A stretch of 64,000 nucleotides of DNA, from positions 1,376,001 to 1,440,000 of the forward strand of contig OZ241907.1 of the NCBI GenBank assembly GCA_965203515.1, given 5' to 3'. The translations under genes were made by a program, and so were the position numbers. The stretch comes from Spirochaetia bacterium (GTDB taxonomy: Bacteria; Spirochaetota; Spirochaetia; SZUA-6; Bin103). Below the pieces are notes generated by a model. That model saw nothing but the letters and a program-made list of their open reading frames with translations. It did not search any database and was not told the DNA's origin. Shown one piece after another: positions 28,763 through 38,524 of the stretch; the first letter of the stretch is position 1; each line of letters begins with the position of its first letter.

Positions 28763-29920
28763 CTATCGGCTCAGGAAGCCCAGGTCCTCGCGCAGCCGGG
28801 CCCGCACGTGCGCTTCATCGGCGACGAGTCCCAGGCCGGGCGCTTCGGTCAGCCGCACCTGACCGTCCCGGATCAGGTGGCCGTCCGGCCCGAGCGGACT
28901 GGCGTCGGGCTCTGCGGCGCGTACGTAGCCGGGCCAGTGCGGATCATGGTGAAAGTGATACTCCAGCACCAGGAAGTTGGGTACCGCGGCGCAGACGTGC
29001 GCCATCGCGTACGTGCCGACCGGGGAGCAGACGTTGTGCGGCGCCAGCGGCAGGTAGTAGAGATCGCCGAGCTCGGCGATCCGCTGGCCCTCGGCCAGAC
29101 CGCCCGCCTTGGCCAGATCCGGGCAGATGATGTCGGCCGCCTGGGTCTCCACCAACTCGCGGAAGCCGTGCCGGGTGTAGAAGTTCTCCCCGGTGCAGAT
29201 CGGCAGCCGGGTGCGGCGCTTCACCTCGCGCATGGCGGCGACGTTCTCCGGCGGGATCGGGTCCTCCAGCCACAGCAGGTCGAGCCCCTCCAGGCGATGG
29301 GCGACCTTGAGGATATCGACCGGCGGATAGTTCCAGTGCGCGTCGATGGCCAGCTCGGTGGCCGGATCGATCCCCTCGCGCAGCGCCGTCACCACCGCGA
29401 CGTAGTGATCGATCTCCGCGGTACTGAGCCCCTTGCTGTGCCGGTCGCGCATCTGCGGCAGCGGATCGATGTCGAACTTCAACGCGCTGAAGCCGCACGC
29501 CTCCACCGCCCGCGCCTTGGCCGCGTACGATGCGGGGGTCTCCTCGTCGCCGGCGTGGCAATCGGCGTAGACGCGGACCGTGTCCCGGTAGCGCCCGCCC
29601 AGCAGCCGCCAGATCGGCTGGCCGCACGCTTGGCCGGCGATGTCCCACAGGGCCATCTCGATGCCGCTGATGGCGCTCATCACCGCCCCCTGGTAGTAGC
29701 CGGAGGCGGACATGGCGCCCATCATGTCCCGGAACAGCGCGTTGACGTCGCGCGGGTCCCGGCCGATGAGCGCGCGCGTCAGACGATCGTCGACGGCGAT
29801 CTGGTGCACGCCGGCGCCGTGGTACGCCTCGCCAAGGCCGGTGATGCCCGCGTCGGTGCGCACCCTGATCAGAACCCACGACGACTCGACCAGAGCCGAG
29901 CCGACCTGCGTGATACGCAT
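28763..29920 (-). CDS. Mandelate racemase/muconate lactonizing enzyme family dehydratase
   Basis: GIEMALWDIAG, KFD, LWLEDP, TGEN, PDLAKAGG, APHN. Confidence 0.92.
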   Translation of the reverse strand: MRITQVGSALVESSWVLIRVRTDAGITGLGEAYHGAGVHQIAVDDRLTRALIGRDPRDVNALFRDMMGAMSASGYYQGAVMSAISGIEMALWDIAGQACGQPIWRLLGGRYRDTVRVYADCHAGDEETPASYAAKARAVEACGFSALKFDIDPLPQMRDRHSKGLSTAEIDHYVAVVTALREGIDPATELAIDAHWNYPPVDILKVAHRLEGLDLLWLEDPIPPENVAAMREVKRRTRLPICTGENFYTRHGFRELVETQAADIICPDLAKAGGLAEGQRIAELGDLYYLPLAPHNVCSPVGTYAMAHVCAAVPNFLVLEYHFHHDPHWPGYVRAAEPDASPLGPDGHLIRDGQVRLTEAPGLGLVADEAHVRARLREDLGFLSR

Positions 29921-29999
29921 GCGGCGAGTATACCCCGCGCCCGCGAAACGCTACATGCCGCCGGCTAAGCTTCCTTGCCGCCGGCTGCTCCGCTACCCG

Positions 30000-31229
30000 C
30001 TACCGCAAGCCCATGCGCGACAGGATCATCTCCAGCGCCACGCCGTCGAACAGGGCGCCGCAGTGGTTGGAGCCGACCGTGGCGTTCCAGCGCTTGTCGT
30101 GGCCGGCCGCCGACTCGATGTCTTCGAACACCCGCATGGTGTCTCCCAACGCCCAGTTCTCGTCGCCGTCGCGGCCGCGCACGTCCATGGCGAAGTCGAC
30201 CGGATGGTCGATGTCCCAGTCGCCGTCGGCGAACGCTAAGCCGCTCTCGTCGAACGGGGCGTAGGGTTCGGCGGCCGCGCCCCGTCGCGGGATGGCGCAG
30301 GCCTGCGTGGCGTGCACGTGGTTGATCACGGCCTGATACAGCCGGAAGTTCGGAATCGGACGGGGCAGGTCGCAACGGCTCCCTTCCCCGAGAGCGGCGC
30401 AATCGGCGTCGGCGCTGCAGACGACGCCGGCATCCAGATCGCAACGGCCCGAAGTGTAGGTGCGCAGGCCGCAGCCGGCGTTGATGTCCCAGAGCGGCGG
30501 CCCGCCGCTGAACAGTTGGTAATCGACCACGTCGTCCACGTCGTACCAGTAGACGGCGCCGAACGTGGCCTGCGTGCCCATGCTGCACCCGACGGTGCCG
30601 AACGCTCCGGGCCCCGCCAGATGCTCGTGCACCCAGGCGATGACGCTGGCGACGCGTCCGGTGAGGTTCGGAATGCGGGACGCTTCGGCCGAGGTGCGGG
30701 TGAACCATCCCCAGGTGCCCCGGAAACCGGGCTCCCACCGCACCATGACGGTGCCGGCCTCGGAGCGCTCCTCGATCGCTTGAGCCAGCGGCGACAGATA
30801 GCCGGTCCCGCCCAAGCCGCCGTGCAGCAGCAGCGTCTGGTCGCCGCCGCGGTCGGTCGCGTATGACACGTGGCCGCCCATGCCGTCGACCACGAACGCC
30901 AGCGCCCGTCTGGGAGCGCCGCGCACGGACCGGTCCGGCACGTGGCACTCGCGCCAGTCGTCACAGGACTCCTGGCATCGCCACGTGACGTGGTAGTCGC
31001 CGTGCCGGTCCGACTTCGACTTGGTGACGGCAAACGCGGAGTCCGGATGGCGGGGATTGGGTATCCGGCAGATCTGGACCCCCGCCGCCAGCTCCAGGAC
31101 ACGGCCGGACGAGCCGGCGCCGGCGCCGGCCGCCGGCGCCTGTGACGAGACGTGTCCGGCGCAAGCCATGAGCAGGCCCGTACCGGCCAGCACGACGATC
31201 GCGGACTTCGGCGTTGCCCATGCGTTCAT
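30000..31229 (-). CDS. Cys-rich putative lipoprotein with alpha/beta-hydrolase-like motifs
   Basis: ATG 31229 after GGAGG; lipobox LMAC; LLLHGGLGG, GCSMG (GxSxG), C-terminal His. Confidence 0.6.
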   Translation of the reverse strand: MNAWATPKSAIVVLAGTGLLMACAGHVSSQAPAAGAGAGSSGRVLELAAGVQICRIPNPRHPDSAFAVTKSKSDRHGDYHVTWRCQESCDDWRECHVPDRSVRGAPRRALAFVVDGMGGHVSYATDRGGDQTLLLHGGLGGTGYLSPLAQAIEERSEAGTVMVRWEPGFRGTWGWFTRTSAEASRIPNLTGRVASVIAWVHEHLAGPGAFGTVGCSMGTQATFGAVYWYDVDDVVDYQLFSGGPPLWDINAGCGLRTYTSGRCDLDAGVVCSADADCAALGEGSRCDLPRPIPNFRLYQAVINHVHATQACAIPRRGAAAEPYAPFDESGLAFADGDWDIDHPVDFAMDVRGRDGDENWALGDTMRVFEDIESAAGHDKRWNATVGSNHCGALFDGVALEMILSRMGLR

Positions 31230-31331
31230 GGCCTCCGTTGATAACCCGCGGCGGGCGGCCCCTGCAACCGCCCGGATCGATCCACTTGACCGAACGCCGC
31301 AAACCGTGAACACGTGACCGGCGTCAGGAGG

Positions 31332-32234
31332 ATGCGGGTGAGCGAGCATGATCGGGACACGCGCGTTTGGGGTTCGGGCAGCCATCGCTACCGCCCGGTG
31401 CCCGGCTGGGGCACGGGGCCGGACGGCCGCGAGCCCGGCGGGATGGTGACCGGCGTGGCGGTCGGCGCCGGCGACGCCGACCGCGACCGGCTGTACGCCT
31501 TCCAGCGAGACCCGGTGGGCGAGGTCCTCGTCTACGAGCGCGACGGCCGCTTCGTGGACTCGTGGGGCGCCGGCGTGTTCGCCGAAGCGCACAACGTCTC
31601 GGTCAGCGGCGACGGGCGCGTGCTCTGCACCGACCGCAACGACCACACGGTGCGGGTCTTCAGCCGCGACGGCCGCCTGCTGCGGACCCTGGGGACCGTC
31701 GACCGGGCCGGCGCGCCGGGCGAGCCGTTCGACAAGCCGTGCCAGGCGGTCGTCGATCCCGACACCGGCGCCATATGGGTCGCCGACGGTTACGGCAACG
31801 CGCGCATCCACCGCTTCTCGACCGACGGCGCGCCGGAGCTCTCCTTCGGCGCCGCCGGCAGCGACGGCGGGCAGTTCGATCTGCCGCACAGCCTGGCGCT
31901 GGACCGGCGCGGCCGGCTGGTGGTGGTAGACCGAGAGAACCACCGGCTGCAACTGTTCGGCCGCGACGGCCGCCTGCTGGCGGTGTGGGGCGCCGGCGAC
32001 CTGCGTCAGCCGATGGACGTGCACGTCGACGGCGAGGGCACGGTCTACGTGGCCGAGTGCCACCAGCGCATCACCATCTACGATCCGCACGGCGCCGTGA
32101 TCTCGCGGTGGGGGGAACGGGGCGAGCCGCCCGGGCGGTTTCCGTCGTTCCTGCACGGCATCTGCACCGACTCGCACGGCGACCTGTACGTGGCCGACGA
32201 GCAGCGCCTGCAGAAGTTCGAGCGCGTCCCATGA
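31332..32234 (+). CDS. NHL-repeat beta-propeller (peptidylglycine amidating lyase-like)
   Basis: FDKPC, VADGYGNARIHRF, GQFDLPHSL, VDRENHRLQLF repeats. Confidence 0.88.
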   Translation: MRVSEHDRDTRVWGSGSHRYRPVPGWGTGPDGREPGGMVTGVAVGAGDADRDRLYAFQRDPVGEVLVYERDGRFVDSWGAGVFAEAHNVSVSGDGRVLCTDRNDHTVRVFSRDGRLLRTLGTVDRAGAPGEPFDKPCQAVVDPDTGAIWVADGYGNARIHRFSTDGAPELSFGAAGSDGGQFDLPHSLALDRRGRLVVVDRENHRLQLFGRDGRLLAVWGAGDLRQPMDVHVDGEGTVYVAECHQRITIYDPHGAVISRWGERGEPPGRFPSFLHGICTDSHGDLYVADEQRLQKFERVP

Positions 32235-32293
32235 CCGGCCCGCACGACCTGTTCGTCGCGCCCGGCGGCGACGACGCCGCGCCGGCCGGAACG
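32231..32293 (+). pseudogene. 5' remnant of a probable beta-helix/pectate-lyase-like gene
   Basis: ATGA-coupled to the NHL stop; MTGPHDLFVAPGGDDAAPAGT resembles the FVAPxGxD..GT N-terminal motif, then degenerates. Confidence 0.45.
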
Positions 32294-32357
32294 CCGCCGG
32301 ATGCCCCAGCGCGCCGGCACCCGCTTCGCCGCGACGGCGCCGACTGCCGGAGGCGGG

Positions 32358-33500
32358 CTACGGCAGCGCCAGCTCGCGGCAGAAGGTCCGGAACGGCAGC
32401 ACGCGCACGTCGCTGTCGGCGTCGCCGAAGTCCGCGTCGCCCAGGTGCACCTGATAGAAGCGGGGAATGGCGGTGCGGCGCCGCACGTAGCGGCAGGCGG
32501 GGGCCACGTTGCGCGCGCCGCTCTTGCACTCGACGGCGAACTCCGGGTGGCCGTCGCGCAGCACGACGAAGTCGATCTCGCGCCCGTCGGTATCGCGGAG
32601 GAAGCGCAGCTCCATCGCGTACCCTTCGGTGTCTTCGATGAAGTGGCAGTACTTGAGCAGATGGCCGGCCACTAGGTTCTCGAAGCGGGCGCCGGGATCG
32701 TCCACGCGCGACCAGTCCCAGAAATAGAGCTTCCGTTCCTTGCGCACGGCCCTGATCGAGGTTGACCCGAACGGCGGCACCCGGTAGCAGAGGTAGAGCC
32801 GCTCGAACGCCGCGATCCAGCGTTCGACGCTGTCATGCGACGCCTGCAGGAGCTTGCGCAGGCGGTTGACCGACAGCGGCGCTCCCACGCAGGCGGGCAG
32901 GTGGGCCAGCAGCAGATCGAGCCGTGATACGTCGCGGACCTGCTCCAGATCGCGCAGGTCCTCGTGCACGACGCGGGCGGAGTGCTCGCGCAGCCAGCGG
33001 CGGTGAAAGCGCTCCTCGCCGCGCAGGAACGGCTCCGGAAACCCGCCGAACCGCAGCAGATGGTCGACCGATCGAGTCTCGGTGAGGTGGCCGCCTTCCG
33101 GCAGGGTGAACGGATGGAGGCGGTAGTAGTGATAGCGCCCCTGCAGGGAATCGCCGCCCTTGCGGTAGTAGTCCAGCCGGGCCGAGCCGGTTACCAGGAA
33201 CGAGATCGATGACCGGTGCGTGTCGTAGAGGCCCTTGATCAGGCCGCGCCATTCCGCGTACTTGTGAAGCTCGTCGAAGATGACGCGCGGCTGGCCCGGC
33301 GGGAGGCGCGCGGCCAGGATCGCCTCCCGGTCGGCGAGATGATCCCAATTCAGGCAGGCCGGCGACGACTCGTCGCTCCCTGCCCCGAGCAGCGACAGCG
33401 CGAACGTGGTCTTGCCGACTTGGCGCGGCCCGCCGACGAACACCATGCGCTCGGCGAGGTCGGCGGTGACGGCGTGGGTGAGGTAGCGCGGCGCGGGCAT
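32358..33500 (-). CDS. AAA_14 ATPase with DUF4143 C-terminal PD-(D/E)XK-like domain
   Basis: GPRQVGKTT, IFDELHK, LVTGSA, DSLQGR, GGFPE, FENLV, REIDFV, AVECK. Confidence 0.92.
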   Translation of the reverse strand: MPAPRYLTHAVTADLAERMVFVGGPRQVGKTTFALSLLGAGSDESSPACLNWDHLADREAILAARLPPGQPRVIFDELHKYAEWRGLIKGLYDTHRSSISFLVTGSARLDYYRKGGDSLQGRYHYYRLHPFTLPEGGHLTETRSVDHLLRFGGFPEPFLRGEERFHRRWLREHSARVVHEDLRDLEQVRDVSRLDLLLAHLPACVGAPLSVNRLRKLLQASHDSVERWIAAFERLYLCYRVPPFGSTSIRAVRKERKLYFWDWSRVDDPGARFENLVAGHLLKYCHFIEDTEGYAMELRFLRDTDGREIDFVVLRDGHPEFAVECKSGARNVAPACRYVRRRTAIPRFYQVHLGDADFGDADSDVRVLPFRTFCRELALP

Positions 33501-33564
33501 GAGCGTTTTCGGGTATGTCAGAATATACTCATGAGCGCTTTCCGGTCAACCCGAAAACACTCAT
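33499..33564. promoter_or_regulatory. Tandem palindromic operator-like elements between divergent ATPase genes
   Basis: ATGAGCGTTTTCGGGT (33499-514), ATGAGCGCTTTCCGGT (33531-546), inverted ACCCGAAAACACTCAT (33549-564). Confidence 0.6.
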
Positions 33565-33615
33565 TGATCGAAGATGCCTCAACCGCGCGCGGCTGACGTG
33601 GTACGATGGGAGTCG

Positions 33616-35163
33616 ATGTCCAGGCGCCGGCTGCCGATCGGCATCCAGACCTTCCGCGAGCTGCGGGAGGAGAATTGCTACTACGTGGACAAGACCGCCT
33701 ACCTGCAACGGCTGCTCCACGAAGGGAAGCACTACTTCCTGTCGCGCCCGCGTCGGTTCGGCAAGAGCCTGTTCCTGGACACGCTGAAGGAGCTGTTCGA
33801 GGGCAACGAGCCGCTGTTCGCCGGGCTGCAAATCCACGCCGGCTGGAGCTGGTCGGAACGCAATCCGGTGGTGCGGCTGGACTTCGGCAGCGGTCATTTC
33901 CGGGAACCGGGCCTGCTGCACGCCAACCTGGCCGCGCAGTTGGACGGCCTGGAGCAGGCGGCCGGCGTGCGCCCCCGCTACGACACCGCGCCGGAGCGGT
34001 TCGGCTATCTGATCAGATCGCTGCACGAACGCAGCGGGCAGCGGGTCGCGGTGCTGGTGGACGAGTACGACAAGCCGATCCTGGACGCGCTGGGAACGCC
34101 GGCCGCGGCGCGCGCCAACCGCGACTACCTGCGCGGCGTGTACGCGGTGATCAAGTCGAGCGACGCGCACCTGCGGTTCACGTTCCTGACCGGCGTGAGC
34201 AAGTTCTCCAAGGTGAGTCTGTTCTCCGATCTCAACAACCTCATCGACATCACGCTGGACCCGGCCTACTCGTCGATCTGCGGCTACACGGAAGGTGACC
34301 TGGACACCGTGTTCGCCCCGGAACTCGACGGACTGGACCGGGAACGGGTGCGCGACTGGTACGACGGCTATCGCTGGCTGGGCGAGGAATCGGTTTACAA
34401 CCCCTTCGACGTGCTGTTGCTCCTGCGCCGCCGCGAGTTCGCCGCCCACTGGTTCGAGACCGGCACGCCGTCGTTCCTGGTCGACACGCTGTTCGAGCGG
34501 CGGATCTCCTCGGTCTCGCTGCAGGAGATGGTCGGCACTGCGGACCTGCTGTCGGCATTCGACGTGGAGCACATTGGCACCGAGGCGCTGCTGTTCCAGA
34601 CCGGCTACCTGACGATCACGGGGAAGGAGGAGCTGGGCGGCCTGCCGCTGTATCGGCTGGGCTATCCGAACCGGGAAGTGCGGCAGAGCCTGAATCAAGT
34701 CCTGTTGCGCCGCCTGGTGCAGGACGCCGGGCGGCAGACCGCCAACAGCATCCGTCTGGCGCGCCTGCTGGCAGCGCACGACTGCGCCGGCCTGCGGGAG
34801 CTGTTCCATGCCTTCTTCGCCGGCATCCCGTACGAGTGGCACACCAACAACGACATCGCCCGCTACGAGGGGTACTACGCGAGCGTGTTCTATTCCTACT
34901 TCGCGGCGCTGGGGTATGACATCGTGGTGGAGGAGTCGAGCGCGGGCGGGCGGCTGGACATGGCGGTGCGGACCGGCGGCCACGTCTATCTGTTCGAGTT
35001 CAAGGTGGTGGAGACGGCGCCGCCAGGGGGAGCGCTGGCGCAGTTGCGGGAGCGCGGCTACGCGGCCAAGTACCGCGGGCGGGGCGAGCCGATCCACCTG
35101 ATCGGCGTGGAGTTCAGCCGCAAGACGCGCAACGTGACGGCGTTCGAGGTGGCCGACGGCTGA
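33616..35163 (+). CDS. AAA-ATPase_like plus PDDEXK_9 nuclease protein
   Basis: LPIGIQTF, YYVDKT, SRPRRFGKSL, LVDEYDKP, YNPFD, EGYYAS, GRLDM, LFEFK. Confidence 0.93.
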   Translation: MSRRRLPIGIQTFRELREENCYYVDKTAYLQRLLHEGKHYFLSRPRRFGKSLFLDTLKELFEGNEPLFAGLQIHAGWSWSERNPVVRLDFGSGHFREPGLLHANLAAQLDGLEQAAGVRPRYDTAPERFGYLIRSLHERSGQRVAVLVDEYDKPILDALGTPAAARANRDYLRGVYAVIKSSDAHLRFTFLTGVSKFSKVSLFSDLNNLIDITLDPAYSSICGYTEGDLDTVFAPELDGLDRERVRDWYDGYRWLGEESVYNPFDVLLLLRRREFAAHWFETGTPSFLVDTLFERRISSVSLQEMVGTADLLSAFDVEHIGTEALLFQTGYLTITGKEELGGLPLYRLGYPNREVRQSLNQVLLRRLVQDAGRQTANSIRLARLLAAHDCAGLRELFHAFFAGIPYEWHTNNDIARYEGYYASVFYSYFAALGYDIVVEESSAGGRLDMAVRTGGHVYLFEFKVVETAPPGGALAQLRERGYAAKYRGRGEPIHLIGVEFSRKTRNVTAFEVADG

Positions 35164-35169
35164 CGTATA

Positions 35170-38100
35170 TCATCTGCGGTCCTTCGATTCGGGAGCTGCC
35201 TTGAGGTCTTTGGAAACCTCGGCGAGCAGCGCGTCGACGGCGTTGCGGTCGTCACGCGGCAGATCACCGTCGAGCACCACGCGCACGTGGAAGCGCAGGT
35301 CCGACCCCGCGCTTGCCGACAGCAAGCGCGGCAGCAGGTCGGCAAGGTCCTGTATCTGCGCGCCTTCGAGCACCGTCGCGGCGGCGGACGGCTCGACCTT
35401 ATACGGATCGGGCTCGTCGCCGGGCTTGCCGGGGCGTTCCAGCAGCAGGCCGCCGGAATCCTCGTAGCCGCAGTCGACCGGCCGGCTGCCGTCGGACAGG
35501 CTTAGCCAGCGGCTTGCCGCCGACGCCGCGATGCCGTCGCGCACCAGTCCCCACGGCAGCACCGCGCCGCGGCGGCGCGACAGCGCCTGCGTCAGGGCGA
35601 TGCCGTTGGTCCGGCCGTCCCGCCACGCGCCGGGCAGGGCCTCCTCGGTCAGCTCGTGCGCCGCTAGCGGCATGGGCGCCGGGCGGAGCACGGCGTCCCG
35701 GTCGAGCGCGCCGTACGGTATCGGCTCCTTCCAAACCGAGGTGGGGCCGTTGGTGAGCCATACCGTCCCCGCATGCACCGCACGGTGCACCGCATCCCGC
35801 ACCATCGTCTCCGCGCAGCGCGGAATCGCGTGCGGTTCGTCGTAGCCCTCTTTCGGAACCTGCACCACGCGGCCGCCGCCGAAGTACTCCACCACCTCGC
35901 GCAGCGTCACCTTCGGGTCATCGGCCGTATCTCCCCACAATTCCGGCAGGACCCCCGGCTCCAGCAGGCCGTCGGCCAGCGCGCTCAGCCCGGTCTGCGC
36001 CGGCAGGCAGACTTCGAGCTGCGGGTCGTCCCGGGCCGCCGAATCGACCGGCTCGCGCCACCAGGTACGGGTACTGTCGTCGGGCCGAACCAGCCGTCCG
36101 ACGAACAAGCCTCGCTCCACTCCCTTGAAGACGGTGTCGACCAGAATCCGGGGGGCCGGCACCTTCGGCAGCCGCGGACGGCGGGCGAACGCGCCGGCCA
36201 GCTCCCGCACCAGGCGGGCGTGTTCGCCGGCGCGCCACAGATCGTAGGGACCGTCCGGCAGCAGCGCTTCCGCGTCGACCGGCGTCTCCTTGATGCGCGC
36301 GCGCTCGTCGTTCTTGATCTCGGTGAACAACGGCCTGCCGCTCGCCGTCAGCTTGAACGCATGGACCTCGTTGCTCTGGTCGACGGTGACCACGACCGCG
36401 TACGCTTGGCGAACGACGTCGGGAATCCGGGCGCGCGCTTCCCGCAGCCTGCGCCGCAGGCGCTCCGCCTGGACCGGGTCGACCTGATGGTCCGCAAGCT
36501 GCGCCTGCACGTCCTCCCAGCCGAGCAGGGCGAGCACCGACGCGCGCGCCGCTACCAGGCCGTCGCGCGACGGGACGGCCAGGATCACGGCGTTTCTATG
36601 CACGCGCGGCCGCTCCGGCCCGGTCGTGTGGTCGAGGTACGATCGGGCCGCCGCGCTCGGCCGGCCCGCATCGGATGCCGCCTCCGGCCCCAGCAGCACG
36701 TACCGGAAGCTGCCGTCGTCGCGCACGTCGCGCGGCGCGGTCGGCAGGAGGTGCACGCTGGCGCCCGCCGCCTCGGCGCCCTCGGTCAGCGACCTGGTCC
36801 TGCGCACCTCCTGATCCAGCCGCGCCTCGACCGCATCGCCGGTGACCCGCCGCTCGCACGCATCGTCGTGCATCTGGCGCAGGTTGGGGCGGTTGCCGAG
36901 CCGCCAGGAGCCGGGCAGCGGCTGATCGCCGGGCGGTTCGTCCACGCCGGCGTCGGCATCGTCCAGGAACCAGGAGATCTCCCGCCAGCGACGCAGTCCC
37001 TTCTCCAGCTCGATCGCGTCCGGCCCGCAGCTCCCGGCCATCCGCATCAGCTCCGGCGTATGCGCCTTGTGGGTGATCGGCTGCGAGTGGAGGAACACGG
37101 CGATGACCGCCTGCTCGGCTTCGCGGCCGGACCGCAGCGACGGCAACTCGTCCTGAATCTGGCGCGCCTTGGCCAGCTCGGCCTCCAGCAGCGGCGCCCA
37201 CTCGGTCCGGTTCCCGTCGGCGCCGCCGCCCTCGGACGTGGCCACTCCCGCCAGTTCCCGCACCGCCTCCGAGACATCCTGCCGGTCGGGCGCGGCCAAC
37301 AGCGCCGCCGGGCCGATCAGCGGGCTGACGTCCCACCGCTCCGCCTCGCGCAGCGCCGTGGCCAGGATGCGCAGTATGCCGCGCGTGCGCTGGAAGCCTT
37401 CGAGCTGCGTCCAGCGGCTGTAGAAGACGTCCGTCAGGTCCGGGTGAAAGGGGAAGCTGTCGCAGAACCGCTCCTCGGCCGCGGCCCCCGCGCGCGCGGT
37501 CGCGTCGTCGAGCCTGGCGAGCGCCCGCACCACGCCGATCACGTGCGGCCGGAAGGCGGCCGGGTCCTGCATCGCCTCCGGCTCGAAGAACCGGCGGCGC
37601 AGCACCGCCGCCACCTCCTCTTTGCGCACCGGCTGCACCCCCTCCTCACGCTGCCGCCGGAACACGTCGAACAGCGCGGAGATCAGTTCGCGCCCCAGAT
37701 CGCCGCGCTGCTTTGCCGGGTCGGTGGCCAGCAGCGAGGCGACGATCGCCGCCCGGTCGACCTTGGCTACGGCCTGCGTCAGGTACTGGAAGAAGTCGGT
37801 GACGCGGTCGCGCCACACGGGATCGGTTCCCGCCTTCTCGCGGGCGTACATCAGCACTTCGTCGACCAGGATCAGGGTGGCCAGCCCGCGCTTCTGCGGC
37901 CGCTCGATCAGCTTCACCAGCAGCGGTTCGGCCGGCGGCGTCTCGCGCTCCTCGTCGCGGCCGTCGGCGTGCATCGCGCGCAGCCCGTCCGCGCCGGCGA
38001 GCTGGAAGGCCAGCACGCTCCACGGGTGGCGCAGCGTGCGGGTCGCGCCGTCCGGGGCGCGCACCCCGTCGATGCCCCGCTCCACGTCGATCTTGTCGAA

Positions 38101-38508
38101 GCAGAGCGCCACCGGAAACGCGGGCGGCAAGGCGGCGCCGACGTGCTCCCGGAACTCCCGCACCGTCGGCAGGTCAGGCAGCCGCGCGGGATCGCGGAAC
38201 AGGTGGTAGAGCGTGATCAAGGTGTGGGTCTTGCCGCCGCCGTAGGTGAGCTCGAGCTGCCGCACCGCCTTGTCGCTCTGCCCCGCGAGCCGGCCGGCGA
38301 CGTCCTTCACCAGCTCCCGCAGCGCGTGGGTCGGATAAGTGAAGGTGAAGAACCGCGCCGGGTCTTCGTAGACCGGGCGCTGCCCGCGCGCCAGCGTCAC
38401 CTCGTGCAGGTCGGCCGCGAACTCGGCCAGCGACAGCTCCCCCGACCGCAATTCCTCCTTCAGCCGCACGACTTCGTGCCAGGGCGCCGGCCCGCGCTTC
38501 TCCGTCAT
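35170..38508 (-). CDS. DUF499 family ATPase (restriction-like system)
   Basis: FAADL, LELTYGGGKTHTLI, LILVDE, VLRRRFF, FPFHP, FQRTRGILR. Confidence 0.88.
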   Translation of the reverse strand: MTEKRGPAPWHEVVRLKEELRSGELSLAEFAADLHEVTLARGQRPVYEDPARFFTFTYPTHALRELVKDVAGRLAGQSDKAVRQLELTYGGGKTHTLITLYHLFRDPARLPDLPTVREFREHVGAALPPAFPVALCFDKIDVERGIDGVRAPDGATRTLRHPWSVLAFQLAGADGLRAMHADGRDEERETPPAEPLLVKLIERPQKRGLATLILVDEVLMYAREKAGTDPVWRDRVTDFFQYLTQAVAKVDRAAIVASLLATDPAKQRGDLGRELISALFDVFRRQREEGVQPVRKEEVAAVLRRRFFEPEAMQDPAAFRPHVIGVVRALARLDDATARAGAAAEERFCDSFPFHPDLTDVFYSRWTQLEGFQRTRGILRILATALREAERWDVSPLIGPAALLAAPDRQDVSEAVRELAGVATSEGGGADGNRTEWAPLLEAELAKARQIQDELPSLRSGREAEQAVIAVFLHSQPITHKAHTPELMRMAGSCGPDAIELEKGLRRWREISWFLDDADAGVDEPPGDQPLPGSWRLGNRPNLRQMHDDACERRVTGDAVEARLDQEVRRTRSLTEGAEAAGASVHLLPTAPRDVRDDGSFRYVLLGPEAASDAGRPSAAARSYLDHTTGPERPRVHRNAVILAVPSRDGLVAARASVLALLGWEDVQAQLADHQVDPVQAERLRRRLREARARIPDVVRQAYAVVVTVDQSNEVHAFKLTASGRPLFTEIKNDERARIKETPVDAEALLPDGPYDLWRAGEHARLVRELAGAFARRPRLPKVPAPRILVDTVFKGVERGLFVGRLVRPDDSTRTWWREPVDSAARDDPQLEVCLPAQTGLSALADGLLEPGVLPELWGDTADDPKVTLREVVEYFGGGRVVQVPKEGYDEPHAIPRCAETMVRDAVHRAVHAGTVWLTNGPTSVWKEPIPYGALDRDAVLRPAPMPLAAHELTEEALPGAWRDGRTNGIALTQALSRRRGAVLPWGLVRDGIAASAASRWLSLSDGSRPVDCGYEDSGGLLLERPGKPGDEPDPYKVEPSAAATVLEGAQIQDLADLLPRLLSASAGSDLRFHVRVVLDGDLPRDDRNAVDALLAEVSKDLKAAPESKDRR

Positions 38509-38524
38509 CCTGTTGCCCTCAGCG

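Noticed and set aside
29925..29950. taccccgcgcccgcg, resembling part of a type I-E repeat
   Set aside because: Single, partial and overlapping a probable -10 box; expected by chance in GC-rich DNA.
31230..32177. N-terminal extension of the 725-aa ORF
   Set aside because: Antisense to the NHL gene; SD and lipoprotein signal point to ATG 31229.
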